IMG/VR virus record: IMGVR_UViG_3300021371_000014
Coordinates: 1 to 63,139 of that record
Reading direction: 5' to 3' (one strand)
Source: a virus
Lineage: Duplodnaviria > Caudoviricetes
DNA: 63,139 nucleotides
Positions 18,080 to 26,471 of this stretch are shown one piece after another. Position 1 is the stretch's first letter. The number at the start of each line of letters is the position of its first letter. The notes under the pieces are model-generated. The model had not been told where the DNA came from and made no database searches. It saw only the letters and a list, made by a program, of their open reading frames with translations. Both the position numbers and the translations under genes were made by a program.

Positions 18080-18316
18080 ATGCCAACGTATGTATTGCAA
18101 AAAGAATTAGACGGCGAAGTCAATCGATTCGAAGTTACTTGTAGTTATGAAGAAATGAAGCAGATGTGTGAAGAATATGGCGTTAAGCATATTATTCAAG
18201 CTCCTAGTATGATCACGGACTACAAATCAACAAATACACGCGCTGGCACAGAATGGCAAGATTTATTAAAAGATATTAAGAAAAAAAGTGGCCGTGGGAA
18301 CACTATAAAAGTATAA
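18080..18316 (+). CDS. Hypothetical protein (MPTY N-terminus)
   Basis: AGGAG RBS; WQDLLKDIKKKSG. Confidence 0.65.
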   Translation: MPTYVLQKELDGEVNRFEVTCSYEEMKQMCEEYGVKHIIQAPSMITDYKSTNTRAGTEWQDLLKDIKKKSGRGNTIKV

Positions 18317-18318
18317 AT

Positions 18319-18987
18319 ATGAGGGTATTTGAACATGAAACAATTGATCTTGGATACGACGATTTGGATGCTGAGACTACATCCAGTGGTAGATTATATA
18401 GGACTCCTAGCGGCAATTTTCCTAGTATCACTACTGTCTTAAGTATTCTAAGCGAAGAAGCAATTGCTGCTTGGAGAAAACGAGTCGGAGAAGAAGAGGC
18501 AAATAAAGTAAGTGGTCGTGCTTCCAGTAGAGGCACGAAAGTGCATTCTATTATCGAGGACTATCTAAATGGAAAGAATACGACAGAATATTTACCGCAC
18601 ATTAGGCAAAGCTTGGCTAATGTTCAACCCATCTTGGACTCTAGGATTGGACGTATCTTTGGGCTTGAAGTTCCTTTATATAGTCGTCACCTGGGTTTGG
18701 CTGGGCGTTGCGACTGTATTGCTGAGTTCGATGGTGTAACATCTATCTTAGATTGGAAAACGTCTAGATATCCTAAAACAAAAGACAAGATATCTAATTA
18801 CTTTTGCCAAATGTCTGCATATGCAATTATGTTCGAAGAAAGGACAGGCCTACCCGTAACTAATCTAGCAGTAGTCATGGATGTTGATGGCCATGAACCT
18901 TTAGTATTTAAAGAGCATCGAGACAACTGGACTGAAATGCTCACTAATACCATTGAAGAATACAAACGTAGAAAAATGTTTAACTAA
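18319..18987 (+). CDS. PD-(D/E)XK exonuclease
   Basis: PSITTVL, RGTKVH, EVPLYS, AGRCDCI, ILDWKTS, QMSAYA. Confidence 0.85.
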   Translation: MRVFEHETIDLGYDDLDAETTSSGRLYRTPSGNFPSITTVLSILSEEAIAAWRKRVGEEEANKVSGRASSRGTKVHSIIEDYLNGKNTTEYLPHIRQSLANVQPILDSRIGRIFGLEVPLYSRHLGLAGRCDCIAEFDGVTSILDWKTSRYPKTKDKISNYFCQMSAYAIMFEERTGLPVTNLAVVMDVDGHEPLVFKEHRDNWTEMLTNTIEEYKRRKMFN

Positions 18988-18996
18988 GGAAAACTT

Positions 18997-19278
18997 ATGG
19001 AAGATTTTGATTTTGGATTTACGCTCGTAGACGAAAATGATTTAGAAAATGTAAAAGCTGTAACACAAGATGCAGAAGAACGGATTGAGTTTTATCAAGA
19101 TCAAGTCACAAGAATGTATGACCTAATACAACCTCTTTTAACTAATCTAGAAAAAAATCCAGAATTAGATTATATTCGTTGGCCAGGTGATAGTCGAGTT
19201 AAAAAGATCGAAGAGTTTCGTCACAAGCTTGATGATATTGCCACATCAGAGTTTCATTCGAATACGACAGAACAATAG
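18997..19278 (+). CDS. Hypothetical protein
   Basis: TAAGGA RBS; DFDFGFT...LEKNPELDYIRWP. Confidence 0.7.
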   Translation: MEDFDFGFTLVDENDLENVKAVTQDAEERIEFYQDQVTRMYDLIQPLLTNLEKNPELDYIRWPGDSRVKKIEEFRHKLDDIATSEFHSNTTEQ

Positions 19279-19280
19279 TT

Positions 19281-19928
19281 ATGATGTTACAAGAACATCT
19301 ATTTCAATCTGCTTTAGCTGAAAAAGGCATTAGCGCTTCGATTCGATTAAATCATATCTATGGCAAGACTTATGTGAATGACCATGAATTTGGCATAAAA
19401 TATCCTATGGCATATATTAATGAAATTAATAACATGTCAAAAGAAAAGAAATACGAATATTGTTTCTTAGGAAAATATGGTCCAGAAAGAGGTAAGCTGT
19501 TATCAAAATTCATTAGCGATAATTCGGTAATTAAAGAAAGTGCACGGGGAAGAGACACGATACTCAAATACACTTTTGATAATACATACTACCAAACAAT
19601 ATGCAATACAAAATATAGTCTATGTCCAAACCAGGGGTCAGATTCAATCTATAAGCATGATTATGGCTGGACATATCGATTAATCGAATCAACATTTTGC
19701 AAATCAGTTCCAATTGCATTTCGCAAAACTCCCTATGGATCAAAATTTATTCAAGACATTAAGTTTTTATGGGATGATGATGATCATGATCTCAGTGATA
19801 ATGAATATGAAGATATCGTAGAACACAATTATGAGCTAGGACTCAAATACTGGACACTACAGTTGACGGATCTTGAACGAATACGCTCTAATGAGTTGAT
19901 AACTTTAGATAAACTAATTGGAAAATAG
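19281..19928 (+). CDS. Possible glycosyltransferase (exostosin/GT-B-like C-terminal domain)
   Basis: YCFLG...R; YYQTICNTKYSLCP.G; YRLIES...SVPI. Confidence 0.45.
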   Translation: MMLQEHLFQSALAEKGISASIRLNHIYGKTYVNDHEFGIKYPMAYINEINNMSKEKKYEYCFLGKYGPERGKLLSKFISDNSVIKESARGRDTILKYTFDNTYYQTICNTKYSLCPNQGSDSIYKHDYGWTYRLIESTFCKSVPIAFRKTPYGSKFIQDIKFLWDDDDHDLSDNEYEDIVEHNYELGLKYWTLQLTDLERIRSNELITLDKLIGK

Positions 19929-19930
19929 TA

Positions 19931-19959
19931 GTGTACTTTCTCTCTCTATTTGGTATAAT
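19931..19959 (+). promoter_or_regulatory. Early promoter
   Basis: GTGTAC-N17-TATAAT followed by TAAGGAG RBS. Confidence 0.7.
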
Positions 19960-19986
19960 AGTAGTATTAAATAAGGAGATTACATT

Positions 19987-20211
19987 ATGAGCAATTTTGG
20001 ATTTAGCGAAGATAACATCGTAAATAAATTTTTATATCTTCAGCGTTCACGATATCTTTCAGCCGCTGACAAAGAACGCCTTGAACAGTTCATGGATTCG
20101 TACCATTCTGCAAAGATGGATTTTATTCGTCAGTTAGGCATTATCTCAGAGATTGAGATCACGAAGAAAATCAAAGATCTAGAGGAGTCAATCCTTGAAA
20201 AAGCTGTCTGA
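19987..20211 (+). CDS. Hypothetical protein
   Basis: Strong RBS and promoter. Confidence 0.7.
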   Translation: MSNFGFSEDNIVNKFLYLQRSRYLSAADKERLEQFMDSYHSAKMDFIRQLGIISEIEITKKIKDLEESILEKAV

Positions 20212-20461
20212 TGATATCACACTAATCAAAACTACGGGTTGGGTCTACTACACTAAGTGGGCTGCAACCATTTTTGTTTTAATTGCAGTGGCCTGTCGTT
20301 CGGTTGAAGAAATTCCTAAAATATATGATGTAGTGTTTTCGTGGCTAGGTACTGCTGGATGGCTTTATGTTGCCTTAGCTTGGAAAGATAGAGCATTGAT
20401 TATTTTGAATGCAGTTGTTGGATTTATGTTGTTTACAGCATTATTGAGGTATATATTTTGA
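20195..20461 (+). CDS. Small 3-TM membrane protein
   Basis: KWAATIFVL...WKDRALIILN; hydrophobic; GAGGAG RBS before TTG. Confidence 0.65.
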   Translation: MKKLSDDITLIKTTGWVYYTKWAATIFVLIAVACRSVEEIPKIYDVVFSWLGTAGWLYVALAWKDRALIILNAVVGFMLFTALLRYIF

Positions 20462-21039
20462 AAGAAAAAGTAATTTTAGTAGATTGTGATGGAGTATTAG
20501 TCGATTGGGAATACGCATTTGATTGTTGGATGAGTTTTAATGGCCATAAAAAGACAAATGAAAATGGTTATTTAGCAACAATCAAGTATGGTCTTGCTCA
20601 CGAGCAGGCTGAAGATAGGATTAAAATGTTTAATCAGTCAGCTGCAATTGGCTATTTACCTCCATTGCGAGATGCAATTCATTATGTCAAAAAATTGCAT
20701 GAACAGCATGGATATATATTTCATATGATAAGTTCTTTAGGAAAAGAACCACATGCACAAAAACTTCGTGTACAAAACACAGAAATGCTTTTTGGTAAAA
20801 CTACGTTTGAAAAATATATTTTCTTAGATACAAATGAAGAGAAAAGTAAACCGCTTTCTCTTTATGCTGACACTGAATGTTATTGGATTGAAGATAAACC
20901 GGAAAATGCTATCGAAGGATTAAAGCAAGGGTTGAATAGCATCCTCATTAATCACCATTATAACACGAGTTTTAACGGTGATCGAATGGTAAAACGCGCC
21001 AATGATTGGAAGGAAATATATAATATTATTACAGCATAA
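20458..21039 (+). CDS. HAD-superfamily 5'(3')-deoxyribonucleotidase-like protein
   Basis: ILVDCDGVL (DxD motif I); WIEDKPEN (motif IV). Confidence 0.8.
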   Translation: MKEKVILVDCDGVLVDWEYAFDCWMSFNGHKKTNENGYLATIKYGLAHEQAEDRIKMFNQSAAIGYLPPLRDAIHYVKKLHEQHGYIFHMISSLGKEPHAQKLRVQNTEMLFGKTTFEKYIFLDTNEEKSKPLSLYADTECYWIEDKPENAIEGLKQGLNSILINHHYNTSFNGDRMVKRANDWKEIYNIITA

Positions 21040-21043
21040 TTAG

Positions 21044-21051
21044 TATAAATA
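21044..21051 (+). promoter_or_regulatory. T4-type late promoter
   Basis: Intergenic TATAAATA. Confidence 0.7.
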
Positions 21052-21085
21052 GTTATTGTCCATAATAAAAAAGAGAGAGGACAAT

Positions 21086-21358
21086 ATGTCAGAAGAACTT
21101 AACGCTTATGATGTAGATGGGGATGGTAAAGTGAGTGATAAAGAATTTGCTGTTTATCAACGTAAACAACAAGCACAGCGAAGAATGGCTATAGCTACAC
21201 TTGTTTCCATGGCTATTTTTACTATTGCAATGTTTATGCCTTTTATACCAGACAGTAGAGTAAAGTTGTTATCAGATCTATCAACTTTGTTTTATGTTAC
21301 AGGTGGAGGCATTGTAGGGGCTTATATGGGCGTTTCTGCTTGGATGAGTAAAAAGTAG
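21086..21358 (+). CDS. 2-TM membrane protein with EF-hand-like N-terminal loop (holin-like?)
   Basis: DVDGDGKVSDKE; two hydrophobic helices; GAGG RBS. Confidence 0.6.
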   Translation: MSEELNAYDVDGDGKVSDKEFAVYQRKQQAQRRMAIATLVSMAIFTIAMFMPFIPDSRVKLLSDLSTLFYVTGGGIVGAYMGVSAWMSKK

Positions 21359-21529
21359 ATGTGGGTATTATTATTAATGATTTTGACCACTGATGGATAT
21401 ATGGCCGTTTATGATCAAGGTATATATAAAGATATGGATGACTGCATGTTTATAAAACGTGTAATGTTAGAAGAAGATTTTAAAGATTCTACTAGCGTGC
21501 AATTAACGTGTGTAAGAATAGAAAAATAA
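21359..21529 (+). CDS. Small protein (56 aa, not in ORF track)
   Basis: MWVLLLMILTTDG...DDC...LTCVRIEK; fills the intergenic gap exactly. Confidence 0.55.
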   Translation: MWVLLLMILTTDGYMAVYDQGIYKDMDDCMFIKRVMLEEDFKDSTSVQLTCVRIEK

Positions 21530-21547
21530 CATGACTGTAGGTTTAAG

Positions 21548-22123
21548 ATGATCGAGTTTACAAAAGGGGCACTTAAAGATTTGCAAAAATTCTATGATGA
21601 ATATTGCAAATCTATTGTTCAAGAATATGATGAAGGTTCATTGGCTTATTTGAACGCTCTTCGCAAATATTCTAAAGAAAAGAAAATTGAAATTGTCCGT
21701 GAACACGGCATCGGTACAGGATTATCTTTTGCAGCATTAGCTCTAGAAAAACCAAAAGTTCTTATAGGCTATGATCTAAAATTATTTAATTATTCTTACC
21801 CATTTGAGCAGTTTGCTAGAAAAAATAATATTGAATTAAGAATTAATAAAAATGATGCAAATAGCGTCAATAGTGTAGGTGAATCTGATTTGCTTCATAT
21901 TGATAGCGTCTATAGACAAGAAACAGTTTATAGAGAATTGATTAACCATGCTAATAGCGTGAGTAAATATATAGTAATATCTAATACGAATAATTATGGA
22001 CCAGTGATCAATGTATTAGGCGGAGTTATAAAGTTTATTACAGTTAAAGATCCACAGTGGCAGATTGTTGAGCATGGCATTAGTGGAAGAGGATATGTTG
22101 TTTTGAGAAGGGTTATTAAGTAA
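21548..22123 (+). CDS. Class I SAM-dependent methyltransferase-like protein
   Basis: EHGIGTGLS; IGYD; DLLHIDS. Confidence 0.55.
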   Translation: MIEFTKGALKDLQKFYDEYCKSIVQEYDEGSLAYLNALRKYSKEKKIEIVREHGIGTGLSFAALALEKPKVLIGYDLKLFNYSYPFEQFARKNNIELRINKNDANSVNSVGESDLLHIDSVYRQETVYRELINHANSVSKYIVISNTNNYGPVINVLGGVIKFITVKDPQWQIVEHGISGRGYVVLRRVIK

Positions 22124-22129
22124 TTTATT

Positions 22130-22816
22130 ATGTTGACAGTTACGTGTGTTCATTGGGGCACAAAATTTGAACTTGATTATGTTTACAACTTAAAATCGGC
22201 AATTGAAAGGAACACGACAGTTCCTCACAATTTCATTGTGTTTTCCGACAAGCCTGTAGCTAAAATTCCTACTATTATATTAAAGCCAGGCTTTGAAGGC
22301 TGGTGGAATAAGCTACAGCTGTTTGATATATCTAGATTGCCAAAGACAAAGAGAATGGTGTATTTTGATTTAGATACTCTAATCACTGGAAATATAGATT
22401 TTCTTATGAATTATACTGGAAAATTCATGGGAATCGAAGATGTTGGTGCAGTTAATCCTCATCAAAGACATTTACAAAATGTAATGCAATCCGGAGTTAT
22501 GGCCTGGGACTACATGCAAAATGGGTGGATTTGGCAAAGATTTTCAAACTCGCGTGAAATTTTATCGAAGTTTAGAGGAGACGGTGAGCTTTTAAACGCT
22601 GCAGTATCGCCTATTACTCGTGATCTATTACAACATCACTTCCCGAGTAAATTAAAATCTTATAAGTATCAAGTATATCCCAATAAGCCTGATCCAAAAA
22701 CATCTATCGTATGTTTTCACGGAAGACCAAGTATTATTGAAGCTCAAAATGAAACCATTAAAACGCCTATGAGGATTTATGAACCTGTTAATTGGATTGA
22801 AGAATACTGGAGATAA
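22130..22816 (+). CDS. Glycosyltransferase (GT-A, DxD)
   Basis: CVHWGTKF..DYV; GWWNKLQLF; YFDLDTLITGNID; SGVMAW; GDGE; VCFHGRP. Confidence 0.8.
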   Translation: MLTVTCVHWGTKFELDYVYNLKSAIERNTTVPHNFIVFSDKPVAKIPTIILKPGFEGWWNKLQLFDISRLPKTKRMVYFDLDTLITGNIDFLMNYTGKFMGIEDVGAVNPHQRHLQNVMQSGVMAWDYMQNGWIWQRFSNSREILSKFRGDGELLNAAVSPITRDLLQHHFPSKLKSYKYQVYPNKPDPKTSIVCFHGRPSIIEAQNETIKTPMRIYEPVNWIEEYWR

Positions 22817-22818
22817 GC

Positions 22819-23478
22819 ATGCCTAGAGTTGTACATATTATCGGTAATGGCGATTCAGTAGATTTTTATAATAGAGAACCTAGACAAGGTTTAAAGCTAA
22901 CATGTAATATCCCACCATTTCCTGTACCAGATGCGTATGGAACCATAATGGTAGATTTTAAAATGATGAAGGCTTTAACTGCTGGTGAATTAATTATGCC
23001 CGGTGATTGGATTTTGGGATTTAGACCAAAGCTTTGGATGGAAAAAAATCCACAGTTTCATATGCAAATGGCTCCTCAAGTTAAAGAATTCTACCTTAAA
23101 CTTCCTAAGTACGCTAAAAATTATACAGACTTTAACTGTGGGCATATGGCTACTCATTATGCATGCACAAAATTTAATCCGGATGTCGTATACATGTGGG
23201 GATTCGATTCTTTGTTTGATTTGAATTTAAGATCTTGTTCAGATTTATATTTGCCATCACCTAGAGATGATAAAACAAACGTGCGTTTATCTGATAACTG
23301 GAGACCAATATGGCAATCAATGTTTAAAGAATTTTCAAGTGTCAAATTCGTACTAAATCATTTTCACGATAAAATTAAATTTCCTGTCCCGGAAAATGTT
23401 ACAACACAAGTTCATCTTAAAAAGAATGCTAAGCCATCCTCGTCTAATCTTAAAGATCGTAGATCGAAAGCTTCATAA
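22819..23478 (+). CDS. Possible glycosyltransferase (sialyltransferase/Maf-like Rossmann motif)
   Basis: HIIGNGDS; CN; NCGHMA; VYMWGFD. Confidence 0.45.
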   Translation: MPRVVHIIGNGDSVDFYNREPRQGLKLTCNIPPFPVPDAYGTIMVDFKMMKALTAGELIMPGDWILGFRPKLWMEKNPQFHMQMAPQVKEFYLKLPKYAKNYTDFNCGHMATHYACTKFNPDVVYMWGFDSLFDLNLRSCSDLYLPSPRDDKTNVRLSDNWRPIWQSMFKEFSSVKFVLNHFHDKIKFPVPENVTTQVHLKKNAKPSSSNLKDRRSKAS

Positions 23479-23517
23479 GTATTTCATATAATTAACAATA
23501 TTAATTTTAAGAAACCT

Positions 23518-23546
23518 ATGTACATTTTCATGAAATATGGTAGAAT
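23518..23546 (+). promoter_or_regulatory. Early promoter
   Basis: ATGTAC-N17-TAGAAT with AT-rich upstream element. Confidence 0.6.
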
Positions 23547-23574
23547 GGTACTATAAATTGATGAGGGGAGTATT

Positions 23575-24069
23575 ATGAATATTGCATCCGAAAAGCGAGT
23601 GGCTGTCGAGGATATAGTGAAACTCTGTGTTCGCCATCTTCGTAAGAAAAAGTATGAGCTTAATCTTCCAAAATCTGTTGTCGAGCATGCATGTAAAAGT
23701 CTTAAGGTCTATTCTCGCCGTAACGGTGGGTCATGGGCTGGTCATAATATGATTAAGATCAATGTATCGTGTTGGCAGTTTGACAATTCATCGTGGAATG
23801 AGTATTCACGGTTCAATAATGATCTAGTGATTGGTAAAATCAAAGTCAACGATAACCGTGATATTCTACTTTGCCTCGTGGCCCATGAGGTATCACACTT
23901 TATCCAATACACATATTACAGCTGCTTCCCACAGTATCTCAAGGACAAGCAAGATCGAGATCGCGGGCATGGAGAGTGTTTTCAAACAATTTATCGATAT
24001 CTCCGTGCAGATCTAGTAAATCCAATGATCGAATCTAAACGTGAACAGTATTTGGAGAGATTAGCATGA
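23575..24069 (+). CDS. SprT-like HExxH metalloprotein
   Basis: LVAHEVSH...GHGECF. Confidence 0.6.
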   Translation: MNIASEKRVAVEDIVKLCVRHLRKKKYELNLPKSVVEHACKSLKVYSRRNGGSWAGHNMIKINVSCWQFDNSSWNEYSRFNNDLVIGKIKVNDNRDILLCLVAHEVSHFIQYTYYSCFPQYLKDKQDRDRGHGECFQTIYRYLRADLVNPMIESKREQYLERLA

Positions 24070-24509
24070 ATCGAGTAATGGCATGGGGTAGTACCCACTA
24101 TAAAAGAACTACAGCTGAAATGGTAGTGAATTTCTGTATCAAGCGAATGATGCCTAGAATGAAAACTCTAGATATTTGTGTGGAGTTATCCAAAGACATG
24201 GATCATGCTGATGCCTATTGCCTCGCAGTTGACCCACGTGAATTTGTTATTGAAGTTGATAGTCGACTTAAAGGCGATGACTTTATCACGGCTTTGACTC
24301 ACGAGATGGTACATGTTAAGCAATATGCTCGTGGTGAAACAAAGGACGTGAATAAATTTACAAAGTCATGGAAAGGCGATGAATATATATCGCTGTACTC
24401 AACGGTTGATGAGTATATGTCTTTACCTTGGGAAGCAGAAGCATATGAACTTCAAGAAGTTTTATGTAATGAATATAAATTATTGAAATTAAATGAAAAA
24501 AATAGTTGA
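24066..24509 (+). CDS. HExxH zinc metallopeptidase-like protein
   Basis: LTHEMVHVKQ...PWEAEAY. Confidence 0.7.
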   Translation: MNRVMAWGSTHYKRTTAEMVVNFCIKRMMPRMKTLDICVELSKDMDHADAYCLAVDPREFVIEVDSRLKGDDFITALTHEMVHVKQYARGETKDVNKFTKSWKGDEYISLYSTVDEYMSLPWEAEAYELQEVLCNEYKLLKLNEKNS

Positions 24510-24527
24510 AAATAATTGAAAAAAAGG

Positions 24528-24557
24528 GTGTACATTCTTAGTTACATGGCTTATAAT
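24528..24557 (+). promoter_or_regulatory. Early promoter with A-tract UP element
   Basis: AAAAAGG-GTGTAC-N18-TATAAT; GAGGAG RBS. Confidence 0.75.
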
Positions 24558-24583
24558 GGTTACATCAAATGAGGAGAGACATT

Positions 24584-24982
24584 ATGACAACTTTACTACA
24601 ACATATCGAATCACTTAACGCCAAGGCTGATCTGATGATGAAACAGGAGCCGGGATTGTGGATGTCGCATTATACCGACGACATGTCACATTGGGCTGAG
24701 ATGGGTGTCTACACAGTAGATGACTTTGAACGTCATCAGCTTATCGCTGGCATTAGCGATGCCAGCAAAGACCTTTATGGTTGCCGCATGCGTCTAGACT
24801 GGGACCGCTACACAACTGAAGAGTTAGAAAAAACTTACGATAATATTTGTAAGCAACTTAACGAGCAGTTCGAGGCAGAGAAAGAAGCTAAAGCATTTGA
24901 AGCAGAGCTGAAAAAAGGATTGCCCGATGACTGTGAACCTCTTCCTTATGAAGAGTATGCTTATCTTGAGGGAGTAGAATAA
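24584..24982 (+). CDS. Hypothetical early protein
   Basis: ATG 24584 after GAGGAG; ISDASKDLYGCR. Confidence 0.7.
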   Translation: MTTLLQHIESLNAKADLMMKQEPGLWMSHYTDDMSHWAEMGVYTVDDFERHQLIAGISDASKDLYGCRMRLDWDRYTTEELEKTYDNICKQLNEQFEAEKEAKAFEAELKKGLPDDCEPLPYEEYAYLEGVE

Positions 24983-25173
24983 TGTACGAGAATCCAATTT
25001 ATGCCTATAAAGGCTTTGTATATAAAATTGAAGCAGATGAATTAATAATCACAGAACGCTATATGAAATTTCGCGATAGCGGTGAGAAAGTTGACCTCAA
25101 TAATTGGGGTGAAATTACTCTTAGTGAATTTAAGGAAATCGTAGATACATATTTAAATACGGAACCAGAATGA
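24982..25173 (+). CDS. Hypothetical protein
   Basis: TAATG coupling; GGAG RBS. Confidence 0.6.
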   Translation: MYENPIYAYKGFVYKIEADELIITERYMKFRDSGEKVDLNNWGEITLSEFKEIVDTYLNTEPE

Positions 25174-25349
25174 GTCTAGAAGAATGGCTACTTCTGTCTA
25201 TCTCTCTCCTCTCTCTATTGGCGGGGGTAGCCATCCTTCTAGGTTTATTAAGTGTTATATTTCGCTTCTTTTTTAGAACGTGGTTTATTTGGATAACGCT
25301 TATAGTAATTCTCGCTGTAGTTCAGTTGGATAGAACATCTGCCTTCTAA
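25170..25349 (+). CDS. Small hydrophobic 2-TM protein (59 aa) overlapping tRNA-Arg
   Basis: ATGA coupling; MSLEEWLLLSISLLSLLAGVAILLGLL...; stop lies in the tRNA anticodon loop. Confidence 0.45.
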   Translation: MSLEEWLLLSISLLSLLAGVAILLGLLSVIFRFFFRTWFIWITLIVILAVVQLDRTSAF

Positions 25350-25387
25350 GCAGAGGGTCGCAGGTTCGAGTCCTGCCAGCGAGGCCA
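25311..25387 (+). tRNA. tRNA-Arg (TCT)
   Basis: Acceptor CTCGCTG/CAGCGAG; anticodon arm TCTGC-CTTCTAA-GCAGA; GGTTCGAGTCC; encoded CCA. Confidence 0.95.
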
Positions 25388-25406
25388 AATTATCAGAGGA
25401 TATATA

Positions 25407-25688
25407 ATGGCAGTACGAAATTATATGAATGAAGCGTCGTCAATGACTCGAAAGCTGACAACAAACCAAAAATATGAGTTGTATGAAATTGTATGCGACC
25501 AGCTTAAAAGATATGCCAGCGATGATAGAATTAAAGAACTAAAAGCTGTAAGAGCCACTTTAGAAAAAGATAAAGCCTTAGATAAAAATAGGCTAGTTAA
25601 AGTTTTAAATGGAGAGGTTGGAATGACTGCTGATATTAGCAGCCATGATCTAATCTCTAATAAGAAAATAAATAGAAAAAAGAATTAA
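25407..25688 (+). CDS. Hypothetical protein
   Basis: GAGGA RBS. Confidence 0.65.
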   Translation: MAVRNYMNEASSMTRKLTTNQKYELYEIVCDQLKRYASDDRIKELKAVRATLEKDKALDKNRLVKVLNGEVGMTADISSHDLISNKKINRKKN

Positions 25689-25692
25689 TTTT

Positions 25693-25768
25693 TGCTCGAT
25701 AGCTCAGTAGGTAGAGCAGGAGACTGTTAATCTCTTGGTCCCAGGTTCGAGTCCTGGTCGAGCAGCCA
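25693..25768 (+). tRNA. tRNA-Asn (GTT)
   Basis: Acceptor TGCTCGA/TCGAGCA; GGAGA-CTGTTAA-TCTCT; T-loop; CCA. Confidence 0.95.
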
Positions 25769-25817
25769 ATTTCGTGGATAGTATCCACAACCGAGTTCGG
25801 CGCCTGCAGCGCCGATA

Positions 25818-25976
25818 GGAACGTGACTGAATACCTCTCTCTGATGGGGGGTAAAGTAGACTCAAAGGCTTAGCGGCCATACCCTTAGCGGGGTTGCGAG
25901 TTGTTGGGGGTCCATCGTGAAAGGTACATCAGATAGTACCCCCTTGGGAGTTACCCTAGTCTCCCCGTTCCGCACC
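25818..25976 (+). ncRNA. Structured tRNA-like ncRNA (manA-motif-like candidate)
   Basis: GC-rich non-coding stretch; closing helix GGAACG/CGTTCC, GTGACTGAATA, several internal hairpins, T-arm-like GGGAG/CTCCC. Confidence 0.6.
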
Positions 25977-25995
25977 TTATTTGAGAGAGAGAGCA

Positions 25996-26178
25996 ATGAT
26001 TAGTCTAGGCGAAATTTCACAAGTCAAGAACACATTTATATTTTTTGATGATAAGTTCAGCCTAATCACTGCCTCCAGCTATAATGCAGTAAGTATTCTT
26101 CCAGAGTGGCTTGATCGAATTCTTGAGATAAAAGAATTTCGAGTTATCAATAAACATGGCAAGAAAATTAAAGTTTAG
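25996..26178 (+). CDS. Hypothetical protein
   Basis: ATG after GAGAG; last base of stop is the first base of the tRNA. Confidence 0.5.
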   Translation: MISLGEISQVKNTFIFFDDKFSLITASSYNAVSILPEWLDRILEIKEFRVINKHGKKIKV

Positions 26179-26254
26179 GACCTATAGCTCAGTTGGTTAG
26201 AGCAGTGAACTCATAATTCATTGGCCCCTGGTTCGAGTCCAGGTGGGTCCACCA
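26178..26254 (+). tRNA. tRNA with CAT anticodon, likely tRNA-Ile2 (lysidine) rather than Met
   Basis: GGACCTA/TGGGTCC; GTGAA-CTCATAA-TTCAT; C4-G69 and C5-G68 pairs (TilS determinants); no initiator GGG/CCC stem. Confidence 0.9.
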
Positions 26255-26275
26255 TTTTTATCGTATATATAGTTT

Positions 26276-26380
26276 ATGATAGAAAAAATATGGAATATGA
26301 TAGTTGAAAATTTACCATGGATATGTATGATTATCCTACTTAACATCATCTATTTTAATCCTACAAATATGGTCTGGTAG
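26276..26380 (+). CDS. Possible small hydrophobic peptide (34 aa) ending inside tRNA-Asp
   Basis: MIEKIWNMIVENLPWICMIILLNIIYFNPTNMVW; no clear RBS. Confidence 0.3.
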   Translation: MIEKIWNMIVENLPWICMIILLNIIYFNPTNMVW

Positions 26381-26447
26381 TTCAGTTGGTTAGAATACTT
26401 GCCTGTCACGCAAGTGGTCACGGGTTCGAGTCCCGTTCAGATCGCCA
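26371..26447 (+). tRNA. tRNA-Asp (GTC)
   Basis: GGTCTGG/TCAGATC; CTTGC-CTGTCAC-GCAAG; GGTTCGAGTCC; CCA. Confidence 0.95.
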
Positions 26448-26471
26448 ATCTTCCATAATATTTCTCCGGAA

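Noticed and set aside
18312-18319. TATAAATA before the exonuclease gene
   Set aside because: It overlaps the start codon, so it cannot serve that gene; probably a by-product of the stop/start junction.
25770-25980. tmRNA or a conventional tRNA
   Set aside because: Too short for tmRNA with no tag ORF or GGGG/CCACCA ends; lacks a TTCG T-loop and a 7-nt anticodon loop.
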